Positions 49,790-61,669 of a stretch of 64,000 nucleotides of DNA are shown here, in pieces; positions within the stretch are counted from its first letter, which is position 1; every line of letters begins with the position of its first letter. A program made the position numbers and the translations under genes. The stretch covers positions 2,108,001-2,172,000 of the forward strand of contig JAUPSS010000001.1 in assembly GCA_040285825.1 (NCBI GenBank). The letters run 5' to 3'. This DNA comes from Eukaryota sp. TZLM1-RC. Lineage: Eukaryota > Protista > Metamonada: BaSk clade. The notes beneath the pieces are model-generated. The model did not search any database, was not told the origin of the DNA, and was given only the letters and a program-made list of their open reading frames with translations.

Positions 49790-50245
49790 ACTTGAAAAAT
49801 AAATTCATAACTAATGAGACGATATTCATTGAACCAAGATTTCCTTCACAAAATCTTGATCTGATGTCTAGCTAAAGCTTCTGTAATTCAATTAAAAAAC
49901 CGATGCAATCTATTTAAAATGGCAAATTGATTTTGAAAACGTCATAAAAAGTTTTCAAATCTATTCATTCTTTTTACTTGAACCATTTTTTGGAAACCAT
50001 TCAAAAAGTTATAGAAATACCTTTTGTAAAAATTACGTTTATAGAAAACAGAAAAGCAGTAAAAACATCTTTTTATCGAAAATTGAATAAGAAAGGATGT
50101 AGATAGAACAATGAAAAAGACGTCATCAGCATCTTGTTTTCGTTCATTCTATTTTTTGACTCTATTGGATTCAGAAACAGATTCGGACATCAGTAAAAAA
50201 AGTAGAAACAATAATAGCGGCTCTGTAAGAATTTAAGTTAGATGG
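49790..50245 (-). mobile_element. Short internally deleted family A element retaining 5' and 3' ends
   Basis: 5' part matches 660-780; 3' part matches the family A tail. Confidence 0.65.
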
Positions 50246-50324
50246 ATTGTTTGAAGAGGAGAATGAGAAAAATAATAATTACGTTATAAATATAATACTA
50301 TAATACTATAAAACGATATAATTT

Positions 50325-51120
50325 TTGGCGTTCTCGAATTCAATTTGCCATTGTTAATAGATTACCTCGGTTTCTCCATCGAATAAGAGAAGCCTTAGCT
50401 AGGCAGCAAGCAGATCAAGATTTTGTAGAGGAAATCTTGATTGAATGATATTCGTCCCATTAGCCATGAATTAATTTAATTAAGTGTGCATGTTCAACAA
50501 ATAGTATATAATAATATGACATTATATCAATATTTTAAATATATTAAAATACATTCTTCGTACATTACAAAAACGACTGACTGGAACGTATGAAAATGAT
50601 CTTTATAAAAATATATGCAACTCAGCTGTTTTTAAATCATGATCTTCACTCATTGTTATTGGAAAAGGGTGTTTGTGAAAATCAGTCATCAGATTCTTCA
50701 CTGTTTGTAACCATTGAACCACGAAGATTTGGACTCTGTGCCACTAATGAAGCATTTGTAACAAAATAGAGATTGTATTTGAATATCCCCATTAATCAAT
50801 TATATCAAAAGAAAAATGTATTTTTTCGAATTCACCACAGCTCATTTTGTGTCATGCTATGAATTGTTCGAAAATGATAACTTAATTAACTTCATTACAT
50901 GATACTGATAGAGACACTGTTGTTTATCTGGCTCAAACTGTAAGAATTTCCTGTATCAAAGAGCCTCCGGTGAAAGAAACACTGTCATTGAATAATTTTG
51001 GTTGCGATGATAGAGGTGAGGTATACTGTGATTGGATTGAGAACTCTGAAGTTGCTGTTGCTTTTGTCTCCTTTAATATTCCTAATGACGCTTTGGTCCA
51101 AAGGAGAAAACTTAATTCTG
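50325..51120 (+). mobile_element. Family A RLE fragments (50325-50500; 50770-51120)
   Basis: Similarity to 18395-19320. Confidence 0.75.
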
Positions 51121-51266
51121 TAAGGTACTGGTTGAAAACAATGTCTTTATATTATTTAGTTTTTATTATTTAAAATTTATTGGAAGCAAATGCAACCTTC
51201 AACATGGACAAGACATAAAAGAATCACTAGAAAAATCCTAAATCCATCATACTATCATTTATTACA

Positions 51267-54200
51267 TCAGCCGTCTAAGATATCATGTGTTATACACTTC
51301 CAATCCACCTCTTGCCCGGTATAAGTTTTCTGAAAAACAGCTGCACCAGTATAGATTAAACAGAATGGTTCATCCAACAGATCTGTTTCTGGGCTAATCA
51401 ACTCAAAACTATTCTCTCTATATAACAATCCAAACGAGGGCTCTTTATTGACATCGACTGAATTACCATCAATTTCATTGGGTCTCTTGTGGCATTTGAC
51501 AAAGACACATAAGTTGGTGATCCACAATGGCAACTCAGAAAGATCATCGCCAACTTGAGATTCCCAGAAAACATCCAATCGATTTGGAGATGGGGCAACA
51601 TCGTTAAAAGAAACAATAGCCTGCAGAGCAGTTACAGTGATTTGTTGTTTGCTACTCAATTCAAAAAAATCATGAGCCAAAATCGTATCACAGCACGTTT
51701 TCAGTAGCTCATAGTTGTCGTTGCAGTGCGCAAAGGCCTCCAGCAATTTCTCAACAGAATTATCATGTAAAAACTTTAACAACAGACAAAGACGAGTATA
51801 ATCCACACAAAATTGAGGCCAATCATCAGAAAAGAATGAATTCAACCGTCGAAGAAAATCTTTTTCTTCCACACCCAATTGTTCAAAAACCTCAAAGGAA
51901 AATTTTGATGAATTGGAACCCACAAAATCGAGACACCAATCAATTAAAGTACTTGTTGATGGCTGCTGATAGGGAAATTCTAAGACATATATCAAAGCTT
52001 TTAAATAGTTCACAGAAGCATGATATGTTATGGTTTTTTCATTTTTGGGAAGTGAGGTAACTGCATTTGAATAATATTTGAGAGCATTTTCCAAATCTTC
52101 AAATTTATCTAATGAATGGAACGTTTTGCTTGATAAATATCGAAACATGTCTGCTAAAGCGACGGAAAAGACGACATCAGTAGACATAACATTTCCTTCC
52201 TCAACAACAACTACTTTGCTTTTAATTGATTTGTAGTTTGATTGATTAACATAGACATTCTTCAACAGTTTTAACATCAAATGATACAAAACTGATGATG
52301 GTTGTGCTTGAACAATACTAACAAGAGAATCCCAATGCTCGTTGATAAACCTCCATGTAATATCTGATGAACTTTGAAGAAATGATTGGCTTTTAATGGA
52401 TCGACCGATATTGTTAATTAATACAGATTCGTTCGCATAAACTTCTGCTAGCATATTAATGAAAATTTCTTTCTTGACATCAGGATAGGTTTTCAGCAAT
52501 AAATTGATGGACTCCAAATAGGAAGATTTCATTTGAATAAAAACTACACAGAAAATCTTTGCTACTGATAAATTCATGTTGATTGTACCGTCTTGTTGGA
52601 CATCCAAAAACCGTTGAAATAATTTAACATTTGCATCAGGACAAAGAAGAAGGACAACAACATTTTTCCGATTAATTGAGGTGATAACATGCAAGGTACA
52701 AATACAATGAAGCAAAGCTCGATAGAGTGGTGTTTGCACGGATTTGACAAGTTTTTCAATGATAGTGGGTGCGTTTGAGAAACCTTCCTGGAAGATATGC
52801 AATCCCAGATATAAGAAGTCTGGAAAATGAATACCATGTCCTTTAATATTTGAATAATTGGTCAAATCAGTTTCAATCCGAACATGTTGGAGTAGAATAT
52901 TTAAGGCACGTTCGAATTTACTAGAACACAATTCCGATTGGCTGGGAGAAACGTAATCAACATATCTAAATTTTCTATTGTTCCGCTTTCTACTTACAGT
53001 TTTAAATGTATTCAAAACAAGGCGGATGAACACGAGTGAAACTGGGTTTTTGAATGGATACTGGGATGATTTACAGAATTGATCAACTTTATTCCAAGAT
53101 TCATCATCTAACTCAGGACAATATAAATAAACAACGTGTGTGGTGGGAGCAAGAATGTCTCCCAAGCTTCTGAAATAGTTATTCAATTTGCCATACTTGG
53201 AACCAGAATAAACAAAAGCAGCGCAATCTTCATTATGTTTTGATAATTCGAGAATGGACAACAAAATTGCAGTACGTGCTCCAGAAAATGGCTCCTTACT
53301 GTGCACCGTCAACTTCGTGCATGGATCATGATAACTTTGCTTGAGGATATCACATAAATTTTCAACTCCACTATGTATAGGAATGAGACATTGTGCGGAG
53401 AAAAGCTCAAGTTTTGGCTTACAGCCCTTTAGAAAACTAACGTAATCAGCTCTTTGATCACGTGGAACATCACTAACAGGAAATCTTGTGAAAGACTCAG
53501 ACAGTACTGGATGAAAGAAGCGAAAACGACGACCAGAAGATTCTTCTCGTGTAACAAAATCAAAAATTTGGAAGCTTGACAGACTTGAGAACTCATCATT
53601 ATTGTTGCTATTGCATCTAGAATTCGATAAAGGCTCAAGAGGTAATAGATTGTTTGGAAATCCAATACATTCTGCAGACATTCCCTCCCTGAACTTTCCG
53701 ATGATTTCTGGTAAATGAATTGTGGAAACCTTATAAATATATCTATTCTTAAAGGATGCGACTTCATCTAAGTTAATCTGTTCAAAATATATTGCTTTGA
53801 GATTAATCTCAGAGGTTGGAAAATTCTCCATCTTAAGAAGATCAATGACAGAAGTTTCAGATAAATCCAAAAACGATAAGAATGGCAAACTCAATAAATT
53901 CCACAAAAAATATAGTCTATAAGGATTGTCTGAAAAGATTTCAGTAGAATTAAACAACAACGACATCTCCTTAAAGCTTTGGGCTAGAGACCGTGGAAAA
54001 CGTTGCGAGAATATTTGGTAGAAATTAGAAGCTATATGAACTCTTGAAAGCAGGCTATTTCGATCACCACAGCGTAGCCAAATACCTCTTGAATCCCGAT
54101 ACTTGGAATTGGCAGACACAACTTGTAATGGGGATTGTTGAATAGGAATTTCCATTAAAGTCACGATTCTGGTGTTACCATCGGGATCTGTCCATTTCAT

Positions 54201-54584
54201 CAACGGATGAAGATTGAAATTCACAGCATGACCAAAGCAGGTGCTGAACAGCTCATGAGCAGACAGTGTGGAGTGGGAAAATTTAAGAGATGTTGCTTTG
54301 GCTTTGTAATCACGAAGAACGCTTGACAAGGGAGGGTCATTATCACAAGGATCCGGCCAGTATACCACAATAAAGACAGATCTAGAGAAAGAAAGACCCT
54401 TGAACTCTGTCCCCGAGTTATGCATTGCACAAACAGCCTTGACAAATTCAATATTAGCGTTAGACTGTGATGATTGTACAGGAAAGTAGTCCTTAAACTC
54501 CAAACCTTGATCCTCATGAAGTTTGTTGTCAAAGTAGTCAATATAGTAGTCAATGAATTTGAGTACATCTTCTTTTGGAACCAT
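51267..54584 (-). CDS. SAMD9/Avs9-like protein: AlbA_2 (Schlafen-type nuclease) + STAND-like NTPase + helical/TPR region
   Basis: Intact 1105-aa ORF; HEDQGLEFK, KAVCAMHNS, WLR.G (AlbA_2); FLKG..P, HSKEPFSGART.....LEL, YLYCPELDD, LVFIR (SAMD9-like NTPase motif order). Confidence 0.7.
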   Translation of the reverse strand: MVPKEDVLKFIDYYIDYFDNKLHEDQGLEFKDYFPVQSSQSNANIEFVKAVCAMHNSGTEFKGLSFSRSVFIVVYWPDPCDNDPPLSSVLRDYKAKATSLKFSHSTLSAHELFSTCFGHAVNFNLHPLMKWTDPDGNTRIVTLMEIPIQQSPLQVVSANSKYRDSRGIWLRCGDRNSLLSRVHIASNFYQIFSQRFPRSLAQSFKEMSLLFNSTEIFSDNPYRLYFLWNLLSLPFLSFLDLSETSVIDLLKMENFPTSEINLKAIYFEQINLDEVASFKNRYIYKVSTIHLPEIIGKFREGMSAECIGFPNNLLPLEPLSNSRCNSNNNDEFSSLSSFQIFDFVTREESSGRRFRFFHPVLSESFTRFPVSDVPRDQRADYVSFLKGCKPKLELFSAQCLIPIHSGVENLCDILKQSYHDPCTKLTVHSKEPFSGARTAILLSILELSKHNEDCAAFVYSGSKYGKLNNYFRSLGDILAPTTHVVYLYCPELDDESWNKVDQFCKSSQYPFKNPVSLVFIRLVLNTFKTVSRKRNNRKFRYVDYVSPSQSELCSSKFERALNILLQHVRIETDLTNYSNIKGHGIHFPDFLYLGLHIFQEGFSNAPTIIEKLVKSVQTPLYRALLHCICTLHVITSINRKNVVVLLLCPDANVKLFQRFLDVQQDGTINMNLSVAKIFCVVFIQMKSSYLESINLLLKTYPDVKKEIFINMLAEVYANESVLINNIGRSIKSQSFLQSSSDITWRFINEHWDSLVSIVQAQPSSVLYHLMLKLLKNVYVNQSNYKSIKSKVVVVEEGNVMSTDVVFSVALADMFRYLSSKTFHSLDKFEDLENALKYYSNAVTSLPKNEKTITYHASVNYLKALIYVLEFPYQQPSTSTLIDWCLDFVGSNSSKFSFEVFEQLGVEEKDFLRRLNSFFSDDWPQFCVDYTRLCLLLKFLHDNSVEKLLEAFAHCNDNYELLKTCCDTILAHDFFELSSKQQITVTALQAIVSFNDVAPSPNRLDVFWESQVGDDLSELPLWITNLCVFVKCHKRPNEIDGNSVDVNKEPSFGLLYRENSFELISPETDLLDEPFCLIYTGAAVFQKTYTGQEVDWKCITHDILDG

Positions 54585-54612
54585 TATATGATAAGTGGGA
54601 AATTCCCATAAG

Positions 54613-54692
54613 TGTTGCCTAAAGTCTATTGTAGTAAAGAAAAAGTCTGATTTAATTTCTATTCATATTATATAAGCCTTAGGGCGCCAACA
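54613..54692 (-). repeat. 3' LTR (80 bp, TGTTG...CAACA)
   Basis: 4 mismatches to 61550-61629; PPT adjacent at 54693-54710. Confidence 0.9.
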
Positions 54693-54821
54693 CTGCTTCT
54701 TCCCTTTTTCAAAATAAATCAGCTTATATGAATATGAAATAAAAACTATATACAAATAACGAAATAACTACAATAAATGCATATAATCGATATAATATAA
54801 ATAATCGATATAAACTAAGAA

Positions 54822-57800
54822 TTAGCTCCTCTTCCTAATTCTATTGCTGCGTCTAGGCTTCTTAGAAGGCGTAGACTCATTGGAGGTACCTTGTCGTCGA
54901 CTAATGGTACGTTTTCCAATTTTCTTATTATCCTTACTAAATAACTTATAAGCTTCTGAGTGTTTAACTGAATGGAGTGGCTCTTCCGTTGTCTCACCGC
55001 CAAACCACTGAACAGTACAGAAACTACCTGAATCAGAGTGGTATTCTGAGAGGATTTTCTCTATAACGTGTTTTTCGGAATCGCCTGCAGCGACTGCTTT
55101 GAGGAACTCAATGTCCTGTGGATTTTCTGCGTTATAGATTTTGCAATCTTTCTTGGCAGCTTTTAATTCTGTGCCAGTAGTAAGATTCTTCAATAATAAA
55201 GTAGATTTGGATGAAAGGTCAATAACTGAGAATGGTCCATTCCAAGATCCATGCAATTTATTATTTTGCTTGGTTTTACGTAAGACGTAGTCACCAATAT
55301 TAAATGCTAAATAACACGAATTAGTACTATCTACTGAAGACGGAGTATTTAATGTTTGGTGACGCTCTGCTTCTTCCCTTTTTTCTTGTAGACGAGTGTT
55401 TTTCATTTTGATGTCATCTAATAAGGGGATATTAGTTTCAAATTTGGATAAATTTCCTAATATATTAGCAGGGTCTGTTCTTGGGCTAATCGAAAAACCG
55501 AACATGAGTTCGATTGGGGTAAAACCAGTTTTTCTGCTTTTAGTAGAATTTATTAATAGTTGGGATATAGGTACGTATGTAGACCAATTTCCGTAATCGT
55601 TGAAATCTATTAATAGTTTCCTTAAGCATTGAAGAACGTCTCTATGTTTACGTTCTACAAGTCCATTACTTTCTGAATAGTGGGGAATTGAGTTACTCAT
55701 CTCAATCGCTAATCTGTTACACACTATCTTAAAAGTCTCATTGGTGAACTCAGGACCATTATCACTATGAATTAACATAGGTATGCCAAAGATAGCGCAA
55801 ACATTCCAAATCAAAGCATCTGCGGTTTCTAAGGCATTGAGTTCTTTTAGAGGGACTAAGATTGTATATCCAGTAAAAGAGTCTACATATACTAATAGAT
55901 ATTTGTTTCCTTCGTTGTCAGAATTTAGGGGTTTCAATTGTATCGACGTTTAATCTGGCAAAAGGACGATCTGCCCATAAAGATCCTGTGGAAGGTGTTT
56001 TTGATCTTTTAACTGGAGCCGTTTTTTGACAAGTTGGACATCTTTTGACATGATTAATGAGGTCCTTTCTCATATTGGGCCAGTAGAAATCGCTTTTGGA
56101 TAGTTTGTGTAAACTATCGTTTTTGCTAGGGTGACCAGATTGAACCAAACCATGTGTTAATAGTAGTGCCTGTTTTCTGAGGGTCTTTGGAATCAAAATT
56201 TAGTTGTTATTATTTTTCCAAATTTGAGTATTTTCATCTAGAATTGCATTTTCAAATAACGAGTCGTTGTTGTTTTTGGCTATTTTTTGTTCAGATCTTA
56301 TCTTAGAGAACCAAGAAGAAAAAATAGGTAGGTCTTGGTGTCTACTTAGAGATGAGATTGATGGGATGTCTTCAAGATCCGAATCAGAATCATCGTCTAG
56401 TGGAGGTATCTCGTAATTTGAAAGTAAAGTATCTGGTATATTTATGCTACAAATAGAAGGAGTTTTCTCGTTTTGATCCAAATCAATATTCCTCGATAAC
56501 ATATCTGCCCAATGGTTGTCTTCACCAGGTTCGTGGACTATGTCAAAGTCGAATTCAGATAGTATCGGCAGCCATCTCTTTACAATTCTATTTTTCTCTG
56601 GGGCTGTAGCCAGGAATGCAATGTTTTTATGGTCTGTGAAAATTGTTAAATGTCTAGTTAACAAGTAGCTTTCTAAACAACTTCCAGTTAAAATCAAAAG
56701 TATTGCATATAATTTTTTTTGTAACGTGGACCATTTTCTTTGTGTTTCTGTAAGTAATCTACTATAGAATGACAAAGGTTTTACTTTCCTTTTATTTAGC
56801 GGGGTTCCTGCAGGGGAGTAGGGTTCAATTTCTTGCCAAATGACACCTCCTACTGCTACATCTGAAGCGTCAGTACTTATCAATACTCGCTTGCCCGGAG
56901 CTGGTAATTCAAGGGGCATGTGGTTTACTATTAAGTCTTTTATTTGTTTTAAGTAATCGTCATGCTTGCTAGTCCATTTAATTATTCTGGGTTTTCCTTT
57001 AATTAGCTCGTTAATTGGAGCAATTAATTCAGAAATACCTGGAAGCCAATCTCTAATACAATTGATGGATCCTACCAATGAGCGAACTTCTTTCACTGTT
57101 TTTGGTCTAGGGATTCTCATCAAGGCTTCGATTTTTTTCTTACTTATAAATCTAGTTTTATCCTGGAAGGTACTTCCTAAAATGTCGATAGGGTGTTTTG
57201 ATGTTACGAATTTACATTTACGTAAGCCTATATTTACACGTCTATTTCTGGCGCATTGGAGGACTCTTTGTGATCTCTTATAAAATTCTTCGAATGTCGT
57301 TCCAACTATTATGATATCGTCATTGTATATGAAAACGCCGTCTATTTGGAAAATTTCCATCATTATGTTTTGAAAAACTGCTGGGATGTTCTTTAATCCG
57401 AAGCAAGCTCTTTTAAACATGATTGACCTTCCAGGAATTGAGATTGATGTTTTCTCAATGTCCTTTTCAGCTACATTCATCTGCCAGAAAGCTTTTGGTA
57501 AATCAAGCGTGGCTATGTAATCTGCTCTACTTAAAAACTCTAAAATATCACTAATCCTGGGTAGATTAGGCTCTACTGAAATCGTGTTGGCATTGACTCC
57601 ATCTTTACCACTAAAATATCCCGTTAACCTGGGTTTCTTGCCGTCATGATATATAACTAAGACAATAGGAGAGCTGAATTTATAATTAGATTCAACTGCA
57701 TAGCCCATTTCGATCAGTTCATCAAATATTTTGTTGGCTATTTCCATTTTGCTGGGATTTAACCGTCTAGCAGGCTTGTGTACTATAGCATTCTCATCTC

Positions 57801-58224
57801 TGAAGGGGATTGTTAGAGGATTACAATCGATTCCTTTTCTATTAGGAGTTTCATTAAAAACATCGCTGAATAATTTTAGTAGGCTCGTTAATTTTAATTT
57901 ATTATTACTATCATCTAAATTTATCTCACATCCAGATCTTGCTAATTGCTCCTCAAAATCAGAAGGACTTGGTGATTGGTTATCTAAGTTCCCAATCGAA
58001 TGTTGAGCGAACCTAGAGTCGAATTCTGATTCTGCATTTAGCAAAGTGCGGCGTTCTTTGTCTAATCTAATGAAAAGACCATCATCCATCTGAAGCCCAA
58101 GTGCTTTTAACATGTTTGTCCCTATTAATAATTTGTTCGAACCCGGGATTATGGGAAGAGTATGTTTATAATGAACTTGTTGCGCAATGCTTCCAAACGT
58201 TGAACGACAGAATACCAGTTGCAC
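54822..58224 (-). pseudogene. pol: RT, RNase H, integrase, chromodomain
   Basis: LDLPKAFWQ, FGLKN, YNDD, TDASD, H...H..C..C, SDNG, ESNGLVER, IEKIL...VQWFG...EP; in-frame stop near 56200 and frameshift near 55930. Confidence 0.9.
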
Positions 58225-61200
58225 TCCTTAGCGATTTTGTGGATACGTTATTAGCTGGTAATAACTTAATAGTATCCTTGCTATTGATTGACATATGGCA
58301 TTGTTCAGCTAAATGTGCAGTAATAACTGAACAAAACGCAGCCGAATCTATAGTCGCAATCATTTTAATATCATTTATTGATATCTCCAGTCTTAGAAAT
58401 GGAGAACGCTGGGACCTGATGTGGTGTTCACTAACCGTAGAATTAATATCAAAAATACTATTGATATCAGAGCTGGTTTGGTGAATTTGTAGAGGAATTA
58501 AAAGATTTTGTTGAGCTGTTGGAAAGTTGTTGACTGGGTTTCCTAAATCGGTTGTTGATTGATTGTGATTGATTGCGTTAATGTGTACCCGATTAGGTAA
58601 TTTGCCTGTCCTGCTGTTCCGGTTGCTGTTGTTTATCCGTCTGTGAGGAACCGTACTCGAACAGGTCAGTTTTGACTCAGTAGGGGATGCGTTTGATGAT
58701 ATAACCTCTGTAGTGTTGATGTTATAGATAGGTCTGTACTGACATCTACCTTTATGACTTCCAAAACGGCCTCCACGGCCTCCAAATTTGAATCTATGTA
58801 CACGTCTACCACAACCACCTCGGCCCCTATCTACACTGCCTCTACTAGCAGGCGCCTCCTGTTTTCCTAATCTAAATCTTTCTTCTTTGGGAACTCTGCT
58901 TCTAGCACAACGAGGGTCTTTGCATTCGAATACAGTGTGGCCAACAGGATTGTTACCTTCGACGTTGCTGCAGAATGTACAGAATTTTGATCCTTCTCGT
59001 TCATGCTTTTCAGGGATGTATTTGTGTTGGGGGGTTCCTCTTGACTTTCCACCTGATCGTCTTGCTCGTTTTGATGGAGCCTGGGCTGATGGTGTTACTC
59101 CTCTTGAGTAAGTTCTCATCGCCGTGAGTCCCAAAGGAATATCTTCTTCGTTAGCCCTGTTCCTTAGTACATCCATTGTGGGCTTGTTTCCTGCTGTGTA
59201 ACACCAAGCGAGGAAATGTCTTCTTGTTGTCGATATCAAATCGAGTAGAGTTGTTCTGTTCGGTGAGTCCCACAAGGATTCCCTAGTCCATACTGGGAGG
59301 AGTTCGCTCGATATAGCAAAGTTATCCAAACCCATAAGGAAGTATTCGGCTATTAGAGCGGGAGATATGGTTATCAGCCCACTGCTTCCTCTAATTAAAT
59401 CGGGGATGGTTAGGTCGGTCATGTAGGTGGTCATTCTCAAAACGTCTCCAAAATCTTCTACATAACGACCAAACTCGTTGTCAGCCTCATGCCTATTGTG
59501 GATTTTCCTCCAGTTAATTCGAGGCTTCATTAGAGCTGTACCGGCCTCATGATATGATGTAAATTGTGTTTTTTTTAACAGAAATACCATGACGTCGGCG
59601 TCGGTATAATCAACACCGAGTAAACCTTGACTTTGCCATCTGGATAGAAGGCTAGGGTCAATCATGCTGGATATTCCTGTAGGGCAAGTGCTCATCATCA
59701 TGCTCCTAAATAAATCATAATAGTGGATTGGGGGTCCGAGCTTATCTGTTATAGCTGGGTCAATCCTTACCAAAGGCTGAGTTGTATCCCTGGTGATCTC
59801 GTCGCGTATATGTTTGGGGAGATCTTTAATCCTATCTTGGGTTATTTCTGCTTGGCCTTCTCCAAATAAGTGGGTAGCTATCATAAAGGCTCTGGTCCAA
59901 TCTGATTGACCTGGGGCTTCAAAGCTTCTATTGGCTATCTTTCGCCCGTATTTATCCCAAGTTTGATATTTTAAAAGAAAAGCTATGATAGACATTTTGT
60001 TGATAGGGTCATCAGCGGATAATCGAGGTCTTTTATAGTCGATATCCTTAGACCGTGGATCAATCTGTCTGTGAAGGCTACTAGCTATGCTCATGTCAAT
60101 AGCTCTTCTTGAGGATTGTAGGTCCTCGGTATGCATAGATCTGTCGGAAGAAGTGTTTCTTATTGAGGGTTGAGGAGGAGCCGTTTCTCCAACGACTGGC
60201 CCGTTCAACTCTATGTCTTCTCCGATTTCACGTTCCATAGGTTGGGAGGAAGTTGGTTCTTCCTGAGGAGCAACGTTTTGTCTAGTTACAGGTTCCGGGA
60301 CGTTCACTGTTGGAACGTGTTCGGGTATGCTGTCAATAGAGCAGACCTGTATTGGTTGGCTTTGTTCAGAAATTATAGGGGCTACAACAGGCAGTTTGGG
60401 AAGGTGGAGAGATGTGGATGGATTTCCCGTTACCCATTGTCTAAACTTTCGTTGTTTCGTGAACGAGTTACCATGTTGTTGGATGTAGTTGTTAGGACGG
60501 CTCCTATACGTGGATACAGCTGATCGTTCCGTATGAATGTTATTTAAAGCGTCTGCATCAAACCAGGGTGTTACTGGTTCAAGCTTGTCTTGTTCACTAC
60601 TATCCTCCTGCTCCATAAATTCCCTAAAATATCTGGGAGCACCCTCTGTCAGCTCCGTGTAATTATGGATTTCCGTATCAAAGTTAGGGTCAAACCAGGC
60701 AGGCAATTTGGATTGTAGGATGTCTTCCGAGTCGGTCCTACTTCTCTGCTCGATGGAGAGAAACCTTATTCTCCTGCCGTGTTGATCTAGGAAGGAGGCC
60801 TTCCAATCCAATCTATCTTTGATGGGAAGAGACATCATTTCATTGATTCTCTTGTCCATTCCAGAGATTCTGGGGCGGCGCTCTGCGTTACGCCCGAATG
60901 TCTCTCTACTCAGTTTATCAAGTGCCTTTATGAGTTCATTCCTTTCATTGAGGGGAATTTCCAATACCTTTTGGGTATCCCCAATCATTCCGAGGGTCTG
61001 GAAACCAACGTTTCTGCCTCTTTTTTGAATGTAACTCCATAAAGGGGGAAGCTGCTCGAACAGACAGAAATCTGTTGGTTCGAGGTAAGCCTCCGCATCC
61101 TCTCTTAATAACTTGTAGAACCTCTCGGAAGAGTCGTCTTCTCCCTCCATTTCATCCAGTTGAGATTGAATTTCTTCATATTCTCCTAATGGGGAAGACG

Positions 61201-61473
61201 TGTCTAAGGTGGGATTTCCATCCGTTCCCTTTGAGACAGGTTCTAGAATTGGGAGGGGAGAGGGAGCCGGGTCCGTTCTCGTTACCTCTTCTGTTGCTGA
61301 AAATGGAGGGACCTCGTCCACTCTTTCATCTTCTTCTAATTTAAGGGAGGGGGAGGTGGGATCCGGGTCCGTTGCCTTTTACCCTCTATATCATGTATAT
61401 GTGCCGCTGGTACCTGCTGCATATTAAGTGGGGGATTAGAGTCAGAGATATCTGGTTGGGAGATGTCTGACAT
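58166..61473 (-). pseudogene. Long gag + aspartic protease
   Basis: Knuckle CTFC...GHTVFEC; protease TIDSAA; probable start 61473 with a frameshift near 61380. Confidence 0.8.
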
Positions 61474-61549
61474 GCTGTAAAGTGTCTGGGGATGTTTACT
61501 AATGCTGAAGTTATGGTATACCTTTTGACTTTAAAATGGCCAATAATTA

Positions 61550-61629
61550 TTTTGCCTAAAGTCTATTGTAGTAAAGAAAAAGTCTGATTTATTTTCTATT
61601 CATATTATATAAGCCAAAGGGCGCCAACA
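61550..61629 (-). repeat. 5' LTR (80 bp)
   Basis: Direct repeat of 54613-54692; contains TATATAA and AATAAA on the minus strand. Confidence 0.9.
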
Positions 61630-61669
61630 TAAGTACACAATCTATTTTCGTGTGGAATAATTACAAAAA

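Larger units (their letters stand above)
54613..61629 (-). mobile_element. Ty3/Gypsy (chromovirus-like) LTR retrotransposon, full length but degenerate
   Basis: 80-bp LTRs 54613-54692 and 61550-61629; TSD TAAG at 54609-54612 and 61630-61633; PPT GAAAAAGGGAAGAAG; domain order gag-PR-RT-RH-IN-chromo. Confidence 0.93.
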
